Positions 25,462-38,514 of a stretch of DNA of 64,000 bases are shown in pieces (position 1 is the stretch's first letter; each line of letters opens with the position of its first letter). Position numbers and translations under genes: made by a program. The notes under the pieces were generated by a model. It was not told where the DNA came from. It saw only the letters and a program-made list of their open reading frames with translations, and did not search any database. The DNA is from Octopus vulgaris (Eukaryota). Where the stretch lies: positions 19,592,001 to 19,656,000 of the forward strand of contig OX597834.1 in NCBI GenBank assembly GCA_951406725.2, written 5' to 3'.

Positions 25462-25612
25462 TATACAGCAGGCTTCTTTAAGTTTCTCTCTACAAAATCC
25501 ACTCACAAGACTTTGTTGACCTAGAGATATAGCAGAAGACACTCGCCCAAGGTGCCACGCAGTGGGATTGAACCAGGAATCAATATGGTTGTGAAGCAAG
25601 CTTCTTACCACA
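25430..25612 (-). mobile_element. SINE family A, 5' half
   Basis: Similarity to other copies. Confidence 0.8.
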
Positions 25613-25896
25613 AAGACACATCTTTATATATCATAAATCACATAAACCAGAAATAAACCACCCGAATGTAATATTTCTTCTTATGTGTGTAAATACATAT
25701 TCAGAGTGAAATCAATAAAAAAGAGTAATAGGGAACTTACTGTGGGGCAGAAAATTTGGTGTTTCAGGCAAAGTCCTCCTTCAAGGGAAAAGCTGAAAAG
25801 AGAGAAATAAATGAGAAGACAACAGTGTTTCACATCCTCTAAGTTACAAAAAAGGAAATTATAAGGAGTTATATTTAGACATGCATTCATAAATAC

Positions 25897-26145
25897 ATGC
25901 AAGAGAAAGATGACATCTATGAACCTTTAATAAGGAGCTCGCAAATCCAGTACTCAAGATGGACTTTCCCTGTCATACCCATCATTATTGGAGCAACGGG
26001 GTACATACCGATCTGTCCAGAGCAAAGTAAAGCTGAACTTTGGTTCTTGGAGAGAGAATGTGATACCTTAATTCATATATTACAAATGCTCATACTATCT
26101 GGGACTAGAAAAATCTGCAAGACCTCCTTAAGATCTAAAGGATGA
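25897..26145 (+). mobile_element. RLE-type (R4/Dong-like) retrotransposon C-terminal remnant
   Basis: ORF track: QEKDDIYEPLIR...VIPIIIGATGYIP...LQMLILSGTRKICKT; EK..Y..L / IP.IIGA.G / GT.KI pattern of restriction-like endonuclease C-termini. Confidence 0.75.
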
Positions 26146-26251
26146 TGGTTAAATTAAAATACTTTCTTTCACAACCTTGCTACCAAGTTGGTGGATGGGT
26201 AGAAGTTGACTGTAAATTAAAAAGAAAAGAGAACATATATACATAAAGACC

Positions 26252-26702
26252 AGTGAAAAAGAAAGTACCTAGGCTGAACTGTTGAGAAATCTGCAGTTAT
26301 TCTATCCAGATTACAAGTTCAGGTTTATACCTGTAATTATTGGGGCCCTTGGATATATAACACACTGCCTAAGTACTAATCTTGAGAAATTAGGCTTCTC
26401 AAAACCAGAAAGGAGAAAATTGATTCAAAGACTGAAGATCTAAGCCATCACTGGAACTGTAAAAATCTGTAAAACTTTCCAGAAGTTTATCATTTAAGTG
26501 TATTAAAGCATGTCTAGATATGCAGGTATATGCATGAGAAGACATACATTAAGCAAAACATACAAATCTGTACATATATATATATATACAAAAATGCCTG
26601 TTGATGTTGATGAAATTCCAGTGAAAGAGCCTTGGATCTAGATTAGAAAATGGCTCCTTCTCAATTGGCAAGAAATCTTGTAATAAAACTGAATAATGAT
26701 AT
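26252..26702 (+). mobile_element. second RLE-type retrotransposon remnant + 3' UTR
   Basis: SEKEST*AELLRNLQLFYPDYKFRFIPVIIGALGYITHCLSTNLEKLGFSKPERRKLIQRLKI*AITGTVKICKTFQKFII* (stop 26495-26497), two in-frame stops. Confidence 0.8.
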
Positions 26703-29700
26703 ACAAGCACACAGACAGGCAGATAGACAGACAGACAGGTAGATAGATAGAAGTATATACATTTATATGAATCTGTGTGTGTGTGTATGTGTGTGTGTGG
26801 ATCTATGTATATGCAGTGATGCAGCAAGGAACTGTATGTAAGAGAATGGGAAAGAGAGAAGCAAAGAGGGATGTGAGGGATTATAAATGGGAAGAACCAA
26901 GAAAGTGAAAGTAAAATGATTGAGACGAAGCAGAAAAGAACTATGGTGGTACTGAAAGAATGATGCGGGGAGTGACACCATCAAAGGGAGAGAGAGAGAG
27001 AGAAAGAGAGGAAAGAAGACAGGTTAATTAGTGAGAAGATGATAGAATAAATAGATAATGCTATGTAATAAAAAAGGAAAAAAACACAGAGCAGGAAAAA
27101 AATATAAAAGACTCATATAAGAATATAAAACAAAGAAAAAAATTTATGAAAACAGAAATCTAAAATTCATCATCAGAGATTCAGGAATAAACTGTGATGG
27201 AGTTAGGCATTAAAAATCGAGTAGATAAAGTTTTAACTGAAAACACCATCCAATTACTTGGGTCAAACCAAAAGTCAGTAGCTTATTTAGGTTTAATGCT
27301 GTGTTGGAATCTTTGCCAAATAACGGCACTGTATTCTTCTTCTTCTTTAAAGAGCAGTCTATTACAGTTTATTGGCAGTGTATTAGAAAGCACTAAAAAC
27401 GGCAACACTTTTTCTTTCTCTCTCTGTGTTATATAATCTTCTCGTTTCTTATATGTTTGCTAATTGTTGTTGTTGTTGGTTTGTTTTAGGTGCAGAATCT
27501 AATTTAAATGTGTTTGGTTGTGGGAATTATTTTGCAGTAAAATTTCTTGGCTTGGTTCTAAACAAAGTCGTGGACACTGGCTATAGGTCTAAAGTGTTTT
27601 GCTGTGAAGAGGCACAATCGTAGCTGTGTGGTTAAAGCAGGTTTCTTTGGAATTGTGTTATCTGAAAGACTTGATTATAACTCTTGACTTTCAAATTGTG
27701 CATTTGTATAACTGATTTTCTGCTTCTGAGGGAATTTGCTATGCTTTTTTTCCCTTCCTTTCACTACAATACTGTAATACAAGTCAACCATTATTTTCTC
27801 AAGATGTTTTATTCCCATCAGTGAACTCTAAAACCTGGTAATACAGTAGGTCAGCCAGTATTTTTTCCGTCAGTGAATTCTAAAAGAAGTAAAAATCTAA
27901 GACAACCTGCCTCTCATCGAGAACAGAATATGTTGCAGCACCAAAAATAATTAATGATGCTCTGCTCTGTTTCCATAATATTTGCTGGAGAACCACCATA
28001 TTTCTCATAAAACATATTAAAAGATTTAACATTGCAATAAAAATCAGTCTAACGATTTCTCTTTCTTTAACCATTAACCGAAGGTTTGTATCGGTGCTCC
28101 TCCTATCCCAATCATGTCTCACAAAAATTTCTTGTAATTTTAACGTTTTTTTTTTTAGGAAAGATGAATAAAAAACCATTCAATTAATTTCAGTAAAATT
28201 TGAAATGAAAACAAAAGGAAAAAAAGATTCATAATTCAAAAACAATGAGGTGAACAGTTTTGGTCTCTGGCTACTTTGTTGTACCTGCTCAACTTGATTC
28301 ACATTGCCAGAAGTCAATACATAACAACACTAAATTGTGTAACCTTTAACTGTTTGTTTTAACAGAAGACATTGCTTAATAAAGTCTTCTGTTGTTTTCT
28401 TCTTATTTTTTTCTCACTCTGTGTTCTACAAGGTTTGTTTCCAATTAAACTTTCACACACCTAAAATTTAAACCTAAACACTTAAAAGAACACGGTTCTC
28501 ATCTTGAAATCCAAACTCCTTAGTTACTGATTGATATGTTTTAATGACTTGCAAAGCTTGGCCATAAAGAAAAAAAAATCAATAATTTAGATTTTTTTTC
28601 CCCAGTCTATTTACAGCTGATTGCTTTTGATCTGTTTCTTTATACTCTCTATAACTTCTATGTAATCTTTAGAATTTTTTATCAGCAAAAGCTTAAATGT
28701 TTTCTTTTTGATTTTTTTCTCTAATTTTTTTCTTTTTTTTTTTATGGATTTTGTCAGTCCAGCATTGAAAAACATGCACTAAAATAACTTCTTTATAAAC
28801 TCACTTTATTTTTCCTATCTATTGCATGAGTGCAAGTAATATATAATAAATAAGAAAGGATATAATAAACAGCCAGTCTTTATCATATTTATCATCTTTT
28901 AACGTCTCTCTTCCATGCTGGCATGGGTCAAATAATTTGACAAGATCTGGTAAGTCAGAGAATTGCGTCATGATCCAGTGTCTGCTTTGCCATAATTCCT
29001 ATGGTTCAATGATCTTCCAAGTGACATCCACATTACAGAGGGTAACTGGGTGCTTTTTTTTTTATGGCAGCAGCACATGTGAGGTTACCAAATACCTTCT
29101 TGAATCAAATTCTTCTTTATTTAATATTTTTGAAATTATTGAAAAGTAGGAATAAAAATATAAATAAATAGAATTAAAATTTTAAGAATTACTGCAGCAT
29201 TATCTGAAATCATAGCTGAAATAAAAATTGCACTGGAATCCCATTCTTATAAATTGAACATAATTAAGAAATATAAAAAATGGAAGATTGAAAACAAAAG
29301 AAGGATTGCTTAAAATTACAATATAATCTCAATATTTTTGTCAAATTATCTTTTTGTCTTAATTTTTATCACTCAGAGAAAATATGAGATAATCCTCAAT
29401 TCAAATATTGTCACAGCATAAACCCTCAGTATCTGAATTAGAATCCTCATTTAACCACACTCGTGGTAAGAGTCCTGATATTATTGCTGTCCAAAAATCT
29501 TGATGCTTTAAGCTTCCTCTCAGCCTGTGTCTTATTGACAAAATTATTACTCAAGCTTTTGGTAAGAGATTATTAATTTGAATAAATTTTTTGAAGATCG
29601 TGTGCCATAGAATAATTTTCTGAATTTAAAAAGTCTGAATGTTTAAGATAATTAGGGGCATATTAAAACATAACCATATCCATGATAAGGATATGATCTT

Positions 29701-29811
29701 ATTTAACCTCACTTGACGAAACTGAGGAAGCTGAAACGTGGTTCACTCAAACAGCATAGCTCAAGACTAATTATATATTATCAATCTACTCACACACACA
29801 CACACACATGT

Positions 29812-29966
29812 AGGTGAAGACGTGGCTGTGTGGTAAGAAGCATGCTTCCTAACCACATGGTTCCGGGTTCAGTGTGTGACACCTTGGGTAAGTATCTTCT
29901 ACTATAGCCTCGGGCCCACCAAAGTCTTGTGAGTGAATTAGGTTGACAAAAACTTTAAGAAACCTG

Positions 29967-30010
<44 letters not shown>

Positions 30011-30385
30011 TAAATAGATAGATATACATATATATGTATGAACATATATATATATATCTCCATATATCCATATATATATATATATATATATATATAGATA
30101 GATAGATAGATATACATATATATCTATATCTATCTATCTATCTATATCTATATATCTATATATATATATATATTTGTGTGTATGTATGTCTGTTCCCCCA
30201 CCATTGCTTGACAACCAATGTTTGTGTGTTTATATCCCTGCAGCATAGCAGTTCAGCAAAAGAGACTGATAGAATAAGTACTAGGCTTACAAAGAATAAG
30301 TCCTGGGGTCGATTTCTTTGACTAAAGTCCTTTACAATGGTGTCTCAGCATGGTTGCAATCAAATGACTGAAACAAGTAAAAGAA

Positions 30386-30386
<1 letters not shown>
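29812..30386 (+). mobile_element. SINE family A with expanded internal microsatellite
   Basis: Head at about 29812, about 210-bp TA/GATA tract, tail GAAACAAGTAAAAGAAT. Confidence 0.88.
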
Positions 30387-30444
<58 letters not shown>

Positions 30445-30447
<3 letters not shown>

Positions 30448-30608
30448 CATGATGGGCTTCTTTTAGTTTCCATCTACCAAATCCACTCACAAGGCTTTGG
30501 TCGGCCCGTGGCTATAGTAGAAGACACTTGCCCAAAGTGCCACTCAGTGGGACTGCACTTGGAACCATGTGGTTGGGAAGCAAATTTCTTACCACACAGC
30601 CATGTCCT
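30445..30608 (-). mobile_element. SINE family A, 5' half
   Basis: Similarity to other copies. Confidence 0.85.
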
Positions 30609-30774
30609 GAATAGATTTAAGGATGCGCCTATAAACACACATATCAAAACATCTTTACTTCGATTTCTTTCTGGTCAATCAATTTCTTTCTGGATTTGTA
30701 AGAAACCTGCTAAAATCTTCACATGGGTTTACGTATATATTATATATAGATCTGCTTGAACTAGAATTTGATGA

Positions 30775-31105
30775 GCTAGTTAAATTAAGTTTTGGGCTCA
30801 AAAAGCAAAAATCAAGGCCATGTATGGGGGACATGGAGTTATGTACAGGGAGGGTGTTCATGCTAAGAGTTCAGGCCATTTCTGGTCAAGAGAGACTCTG
30901 AACCAAGCGGTCATCGGCATCTTCACTATCTCGTCCGGCAGCTTATTCAACGGATCCACAATCTGGACGGAGAAAGCCCCTCTTCTTCGACTGAGATGAA
31001 ATCGTTGCAGATAGAGCTTTTCAGAGTGACCCCACAGCCGACGCTCTGGAGCAGGAGTGAAGAACAGCTCTTTCGAGAGGTTACACTTTCCGCTTATGGA
31101 CAGCA
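30775..31105 (-). mobile_element. CR1-like LINE 3' end, second copy
   Basis: ORF track 30858-31106: KELFFTPAPERRLWGHSEKLYLQRFHLSRRRGAFSVQIVDPLNKLPDEIVKMPMTAWFRVSLDQKWPELLA*; UTR matches 15792-15874. Confidence 0.85.
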
Positions 31106-31680
31106 ATAAAATCAGCTAACTGAAAGCAGCAAGCATAAATTTAATTCATAAACCCTCTTTCCGATCACAACACAGAAACATATTTTAAGCAAAGAAGAAA
31201 TCCTGTTCTATTTGCTGTGGAAGCCAGAAGGGGATTTTTGAAGATGTTAAATGCAAACCGTTTACAGAAATATCTGTAAATTTATTAATCAAAGCCTGAA
31301 ACAACATGTTGGGAATTAAGCAGAGGGATTAAAGGGACTTTCAGTTTGGTTCTGCATTAGCATCAAACTTCCATTTCTGATGTTATGGGTATTATTTTTG
31401 CCCCTATTTTTTTAACATTTTATTTTTTTATTATTGTATATATATAGGTTTTGTTTCCTGCTTTTTGGTTTTGGTTTATGGTAAACTACAAATATGGGAG
31501 GCTTACAGTTTTATTTCTTGAGTAAAGAGAAACATAAATGGTTTGTCTGTGTGTTTCAATGTGTGCATTTTCATGTGTGTGTGTATTTATATATATATAT
31601 ATATACATACATACATGCATATATATATATATACACACACACACATATATATATACACACACACATACATACATATATAT

Positions 31681-31712
<32 letters not shown>

Positions 31713-32003
31713 CTACACATACATTTTCACATATATATATTTATGTATGTGTGTGTATACACACACTTATATATATATATATATATATATATAAATGCAT
31801 ATATCCATAAATACACACACACACATACATGGAAATTTTTCTTTCTGTCTCCCTCTATATATGTAGGGTTATATGTCTGATGTCTGTCTATTTATGTATA
31901 TTTATAATATATACATATACACACACACACATATATGCGCAAGTCTATACAAATATACACATATATCAATGTGTATAGATGACTGAAGATATTCTGAGAG
32001 AGG

Positions 32004-32040
<37 letters not shown>

Positions 32041-32350
32041 AGAGGAATGAAGCAGAGAAAGGATGATAGAGCAGAAGGAGTAATAATGCCAATAAAAGTG
32101 AAAAAGAAATTGGTAAACAGAGTAAATGTTATCGGAACACATAAATTTTCATCCCCAAAATCGCCTGCAGCACTCAGCAAAAATCTCTCTGAATTAAAAA
32201 TCTTCAAACTTCCACAAGATTTTGAAACAAATTTCAGATTTTAACATAATACTATGTTCCGTTTGAAAATATGTGTTATGTGTAGCCTTGCCTCTGTTTC
32301 TTTTTATCTTAAGATTTTCTTCATTGGTTTGGTAATAAGAAATGTCACAA

Positions 32351-32746
32351 GGCACAGGAGTGGCTGTGTGGTAAGTAACTTGTTTACCAACCACATGGTT
32401 CTGGGTTCAGTCCCACTGCATGGCACCTTGGGCAAGTGTCTTCTACTATAGCCTCGGGCTGACCAAAGCCTTGTGAGTGGATTTGGTAGACGGAAACTGA
32501 AAGAAGCCTGTCGTATATATGTATATACATGTATTTGTGTGTCTGTATTTGTCCCCCTAGCATTGCTTGACAACCGATGCTGGTGTGTTTATGTCCCCGT
32601 CACATAGCGGTTCGGCAAAAAGAGACCGATAGAATAAGTACTGGGCTTACAAAGAATAAGTCCCGGGGTCGAGTTGCTCGATTAAAGGCGGTGCTCCAGC
32701 ACGGCCGCAGTCAAATGACTGAAACAAGTAAAAGAGTAAAAGAGTA
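32351..32746 (+). mobile_element. SINE family A, full length
   Basis: Similarity to other copies; two AAAAGAGT tail units. Confidence 0.93.
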
Positions 32747-32907
32747 AGAATAAGAAGGTGGAATACGCAAGTTTGGTAAAACATGTTAAAATCTTCCTGA
32801 TAACCGATGACCTAATTTAGTTGGGAGACTGGCTATTGGTAGGAAGTATATGTGACTTGCAACTTGCTCTAATAAAAGTTGGATCTTGTTATTTCAGTGA
32901 ATACACA

Positions 32908-32950
<43 letters not shown>

Positions 32951-33208
32951 GTAGATTGAATGATAGATAAATAAAAGGTATTGTTAATTTGGGCAAAAGA
33001 CTTGTTAAGTTCTCTGCTAATACAAGTACACCAGGCTAACAAAAGGTTTTTTTAATTGATATAGAAATGCAGGTAATCCTAAGGTGAGATCTGAAGTCAA
33101 AGTTCATCAACATTTGACTTTGTAAATCCATGTCTACTTTACTAAGATAATAAGGTGTTTTCACAGAGTGATATACAAGAAATGGCTTAAATAATGAGCT
33201 TAAATAAT

Positions 33209-33372
33209 AGGCATGGCCGTGTGGTAAGAAGCTTGCTTCCTAACCACATGAGTCTGGGTTCAGGGCCACTGCATGGCACCTTGAGCTACTATAGCCTCGG
33301 GCCAACCAAAATCTTGTGAGTTGATTTGATAGACGGAAACTGAAAGAAGCCCATAACACACATATATATATA
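33209..33372 (+). mobile_element. SINE family A, 5' half
   Basis: Similarity to other copies. Confidence 0.82.
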
Positions 33373-33374
33373 TA

Positions 33375-33573
33375 TGGTTAATTCAAACAAGAAAGCACAA
33401 AAAAACACAACAACGCGAGGACGTGGAACAAATATAGTATTATTGGACGCTAAGGAAAGAAGGAGGGTTTAACGTTTCGAGCGGAGCTCTTCATCGGAAA
33501 CATAGGAGAAGGAAAGATCCAGAGAAGGGAAGACAGAGGAAAAAAAATCGCCAACGGTACACACGAGGTCACA
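33375..33573 (-). mobile_element. (TA)n-embedded hammerhead-bearing element, same family as about 9225-9375
   Basis: Shared ACAACAAYGYGAGGAYGTGGWACA..AGTATTA..GAYGCT..GGAA..ACGTTTCGAGC..AGCTCTTC.TC.GAAACA. Confidence 0.75.
33467..33501 (-). ncRNA. minimal type I hammerhead motif (CCGAUGA variant)
   Basis: Minus strand: GTTT-CCGATGA-A-GAGC-TCC-GCTC-GAA-ACGT-T-AAAC. Confidence 0.62.
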
Positions 33574-33874
33574 TATATATACACACCAACACTGGTTGTC
33601 AAACGGTGATGGAGTGGGGGCACAAACACAGACACAAAGACACATGAACATAGATATATATATACATATATATATATGTCCCTGAAGCTTAGAAGTTCAG
33701 CAACAGAGACCGATAAAATAAGTACCAGGTTTTAAGAAATAAGTACTGGGGTTGATTTGTTACTTATGTACATACATATGCGTGTATATATAAATATTAA
33801 CACAATGAACAATATAACAATGCATATATATGCGAATATATATAGATGTGTGTGTGTGTGTGTGTGTGTATGTA

Positions 33875-34267
33875 TATAGGAAAGAAGGTTTGAAAATGCA
33901 GAGGTCTTTTAAAGATGTTTATTGACTTAACCGGCTTCACTTTTTTAAAAAAGATTATCAAAAGTAAAATGTAAAGCTTTGTATAAGCTCTGTTGTGTTA
34001 AAAAATGGTTATCACAATTGTATTAAAGTACATGTTATTCAGTCTTATCATTATCAAAGACTGTTTAACTCTATTTCAATACAATTATGATAACCATTTT
34101 TTAACACAACAGACCTTATACAAAGCTTTACATTTTACTTTTGATAATCTTTTTTTAATAAAAGGGAAAGCGGTCAAGTCAATAAACATCTTTAAAAGAC
34201 CTCTGCATTTTCAAACCCTCTTTTCTATATATTTTCACTCGTGCGGTACCTTGCAAGTTTACTTTGT

Positions 34268-34270
<3 letters not shown>
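33875..34270 (+). mobile_element. foldback element with about 150-bp arms + tail into (TA)n
   Basis: 33875-34024 is the reverse complement of about 34078-34230 with few mismatches; arm contains ACTT-TTGATAA-T-CTTTT..AAAAG-G-GAAAGCGGTC-AAGT followed by AATAAA. Confidence 0.8.
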
Positions 34271-34317
<47 letters not shown>

Positions 34318-34479
34318 GGTTTGGAGATGATGTACAGGTATTTTATATTAGAAGAAATGAGGTACTCAGAAATTTGGATGGTTTTATATTTACAGATATT
34401 TATTTGTATATTACATGTTTTTATACATCATATAATGTATATCATATATCAGCACTTGCGTCCATTCTGGTGGAGATTT

Positions 34480-34536
<57 letters not shown>

Positions 34537-34642
34537 ATATATGTAAAACAAAGTATACATATACATATATATGTGCTTTCATATAATATGCATATATAAG
34601 TATATGTACATATGCATGTATAAATATATATATATATCCATG

Positions 34643-34679
<37 letters not shown>

Positions 34680-35889
34680 ATGGATGGATGTATCCATGCA
34701 TGTATATATATATGTGCATCTAACCACACGCACATATTTAAAGATGCATATATATATACATACATATACATGTGTGTGCATATATGATATAAACACATAT
34801 ACACATGCTCACACACACACTAACACACACATCTATATTGACATATATGTACTTCTAATACATACCTATGCACTTTATAATTTATTTTCCGCTTCCACCC
34901 ACATCCTCCAATGTACCCCTCGACACACACACATACGTACATACACACATACACATCTGTAGTTCAGTTTCTTAGTTTCTTTTTTTATATTTTTTTCTTT
35001 TTATTTCTGGGTTTTTTTTTCCTCTCCCCCTTTTTCCATTGATGTCATATTAAATGCAAACTTTGTTACCTGCCAGCACAAGCTATTCTAAAGGGGAAAA
35101 TAAACCTTATTGTTGGCAGCACATTTTTAGTACTGGGTCCAGAAAGAGAAAGAGACAGAAAGAGAGAGAGAGAGAGAAAGAGAAAGAGAGAGAGGGAGAG
35201 AGAGAGAGAGAGAGCAATAGCAGCAGATCAAAGTACACCAATAGCATCAAAGAGGATATTTTGTGCTGTCTTAGTCACACAGGCAACCTTGCTGTAATAA
35301 CATACGATGGTCATAAGTGGAGTCAGTCAGTCACATTCACTATTGACATCAAAAGACTACTATTCCCATTTTCACTTGAGTACACACCATTCATACATAT
35401 ATTCATTTATTTATTTTCATCCGAAATTCTTATTTTATTTTATTTATATCTTTTTTATATTTTCATTTTTGTTTTCCTCCAACCAACTTTGCATCCACTA
35501 TTACTTTTACCTCTGTTTCTATTTTGCATCCGAAAAAAAGCCAGTAGCAAGCTGTTTGTGATTATTTCTGTACATTTATCTTACATCAAGCATCGTGATT
35601 ATTCTATGTGAAAGAGAACTTCCACTTGATGGGTTCAGTCAGGCTTGTATGGTTTGTACTATGATTTATTAATTATAGAAAACAAAATATGAAAAAAAAA
35701 AAAAAGAAAAAAAAAAACCCAAAGCTATTTTCTGAACTTACTGTTTCTGTCAAACCTTCCTTTTGGCGAAAAGACTATCTCGGTAGAATTTTTCTCGTTT
35801 TGTTAAAATAAAAATAATTTTCTTTTGGCTTTATCAACAAGAGAAAATACAAAATTCTATTTCATAATTACAATAATAATTCTTTTCCA

Positions 35890-36080
35890 ATTTTGGCATA
35901 AGGCTGGCAAGGGGAAATCTTGATTATAACCACTTCAGTACTTGGTACTTTATTTTATTAACCCAACTCCACAAAGGACGAAAGGCAAAGCTGATCTTGG
36001 TATGATTTGAACTCGGAATGTTAAGAGATGGATGAAATGCCATGAAGCATTTTGCTTGATTTGCTAACAATCTTGTCAGT
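35890..36080 (-). mobile_element. SINE family B variant, diverged
   Basis: Similarity to other copies. Confidence 0.7.
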
Positions 36081-36089
36081 GATTAATAA

Positions 36090-36502
36090 GTGTAGGAGTG
36101 GCTGTGTGGTAAGTAGCTTGCTTACGAACCACATGGTTTCGGGTTCAGTGCCCACTGCATGGCACCTTGGGCAAGTGTCTTCTACTATAGCCTTGGGCTG
36201 ACCAAAGCCTTGTGAGTGGATTTGGTAGATGGAAACTGAAAGAAGCCTGTCGTAAATAAGTATATATAAATATATATATGTACGTGTGTGTTTGTGTGGC
36301 TGTGTTTGTCCTCGCCTCCAACATCACTTGACAACCGATGCTGATGTGTTTACATCCCTGTAATGTAGCGGTTCAGCAAAAGAGACCGATAGAATAAGTA
36401 CTAGGCTTACAAAAATTAAGTCCTGGGGGTCGATTTTCTCGGCTAAAGGCGGTGCTCCAGCATGACCACAGTCAAATGACTGAAACAAGTAAAAGAATAA
36501 AG
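36090..36502 (+). mobile_element. SINE family A, full length
   Basis: Similarity to other copies. Confidence 0.92.
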
Positions 36503-36524
36503 TGTAAAAGAGCTTGACACCTTG

Positions 36525-36957
36525 ATAATAATAATAATGATCGTTTCTACTCAAGACACAAAGCCCGAAAGATGGAGGAAGGGGACAGTTGACAGTTGAT
36601 TACATCGACCCCAGTGATTAACTGGCATTTATTTCATTGCCCCTGAAAAGAGGAATTGCAAAGTTGAGTGACAGAATTTGAACTCTGATCATAAAAACAG
36701 ACGAAATGATGTTAAGCATTTTGTTCAGCATCCTGACAATTCTGCCATGCTGCCTCCGTAATAATAATAATGATAATAATAATAATAGTAATAATCCTTT
36801 CACAAGGCCTAGAATTTGGGGGAGGGGGACAGTCGATTACATTGATGTTGAAAGGATGAAAGGCAAAGTCAACCTTGGTGGAATTTGAACTCAGAACATC
36901 GTGGCAGACGAAATACAGCCAAGCTGGCATGCAAGCGATTCTGCCAGCTCACTACCT

Positions 36958-36995
<38 letters not shown>

Positions 36996-37199
36996 CCTTT
37001 CTACTCTAGGCACAAGGCCCGAAATTTTGGGGGAGGAGGGCAGTCGATTAGATCGACCTCAGTACGCAACTGGTACTTAATTTATCAACCCCGAAACGAT
37101 GAGAGGCAAAGTAGACCTGGGCGGAATTTGAACTCAGAACAGATGAAATACTGCTAAGCATTTCTCCCAGCATGCTAACAATTCTGCCAGCTTGCCACT

Positions 37200-37245
<46 letters not shown>

Positions 37246-37262
37246 TGATGATGATGATGATA
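36525..37262 (-). mobile_element. array of three family B variant SINEs separated by (AAT)n tracts
   Basis: Copies about 36545-36757, 36795-36958, 36995-37200, each bounded by (AAT)n. Confidence 0.85.
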
Positions 37263-37559
37263 AAAATAATTCTTCCTAATTTTAAATGTTTTTTTTATTC
37301 TTTCCAATTTATGAACTGCAAAACCTGGCAAGAATATTAATTTAGATTCTAAGTAGACAATGGAAGGAAAACCATTCTGAAAAAGAAGAAAAACACAACA
37401 GCATATTTCTTTGAAAACACAAAGTATTTTGTTATAGAAACTGGAAAGAAGGATCGTGATGGTGGTGGTGGTGGTGGTGGATTTACATTAAAAGGAAATT
37501 TGATAGGATCTACAATTAATAACTTAGGGACCAACATATATTGTTTGTATATCTGAAAT

Positions 37560-38003
37560 GGGATGATGATGATGATGATGATGATATCTTAATGAAGTGT
37601 CATGAGAAGGAGGAGGTAGAGAAGGAGGAAGAAGAAGAGTAGATGGTGGGGTTGATGGTGATGGTGGCTGCAAAAAAAGGAGGATGGGGAGAAGGAGAGA
37701 AATATGACAGAGAGAAAGTGGAGGAGGAGAAAGGGTGTAGGAGTGGTGGTGGTGGTGGTGGAGGCGGCAGAAATGATGGTGGCAGTGGTGGTGGTGATGA
37801 TAGTGGTGGCAGTGATGGAGGTGGTGGTGGTGGTAGGTGAAGGAGGAGGAAAGGTGGTGGTGATGGTGGTGGTAGATGGAGAGGTGAAGATGGTGGGGAG
37901 AAAAAGAGATGGAAGAGGGAAGCAGTAGAAGATGATGATGATAACAATACTAATGAGGAGAGAGAGAGAGAGAGAGAGAAAGAAAGAGAGAGAGAAAGAA
38001 AGT

Positions 38004-38042
<39 letters not shown>

Positions 38043-38045
38043 GAA
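37560..38045. repeat. (GGT)n/(GGA)n/(GA)n G-rich low-complexity tract
   Basis: Directly visible. Confidence 0.9.
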
Positions 38046-38514
38046 GAGTATAACAAGGAAAATAATTGAACTGCTCTTGTTTGTGGATAAAAAAAAAATT
38101 ATCAGTTTTGGAATCCTGTAGAGTGCTTACATAACATGGAATTCGGTAATCACATTAATATTATGTGCGTTCTTTATGTTTTAATTTTCTGGGGTTTTTT
38201 TACGTTGTGGTGAGATTGTCTGTATATTGTCTATTGTTTTAATCTATTTGTAGTGAAGTTAAATCTAGCCAGGATTAGCTAAGGCTTAAGAACCGTGTCT
38301 ATTAACATCTCATGCATTTGCAAAAGGTGTTAGAAACGGGACACTGCGATCCTACAAAGGTCAGGATGGAGGAACATTAAAGGAGACCTTAATGAGAAGA
38401 GAAAGAGCTAAGTCGGGAATAGGTGAGCATAAATTGGGTTGTGATAAATCCATGATGTAGAGCTAAGGAATGGAATTAACCATAATTGATGGAGAAGCAC
38501 GTTGGAATATTCAA

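Noticed and set aside
25755-25795. Minus-strand CTTGAAGG-AGG..CCT-GAAAC motif
   Set aside because: Probably a very decayed relative of the 24784 motif but too degenerate to call.
27372-27395. TGGCAGTGT (miR-34 seed); also TGGACGGAGAA (miR-184-like) at about 30964
   Set aside because: Match stops after the seed region, no precursor hairpin; the second lies inside a CR1 remnant.
29710-29742. CTTGACGA-AACT..AGCT-GAAACGT hammerhead-like string
   Set aside because: Core altered, stem II mismatched, no stem I, and G at the cleavage position.
35054-35611. 185-aa ORF
   Set aside because: Includes GA-repeat and T-rich low-complexity segments; no recognisable domain or splice support.
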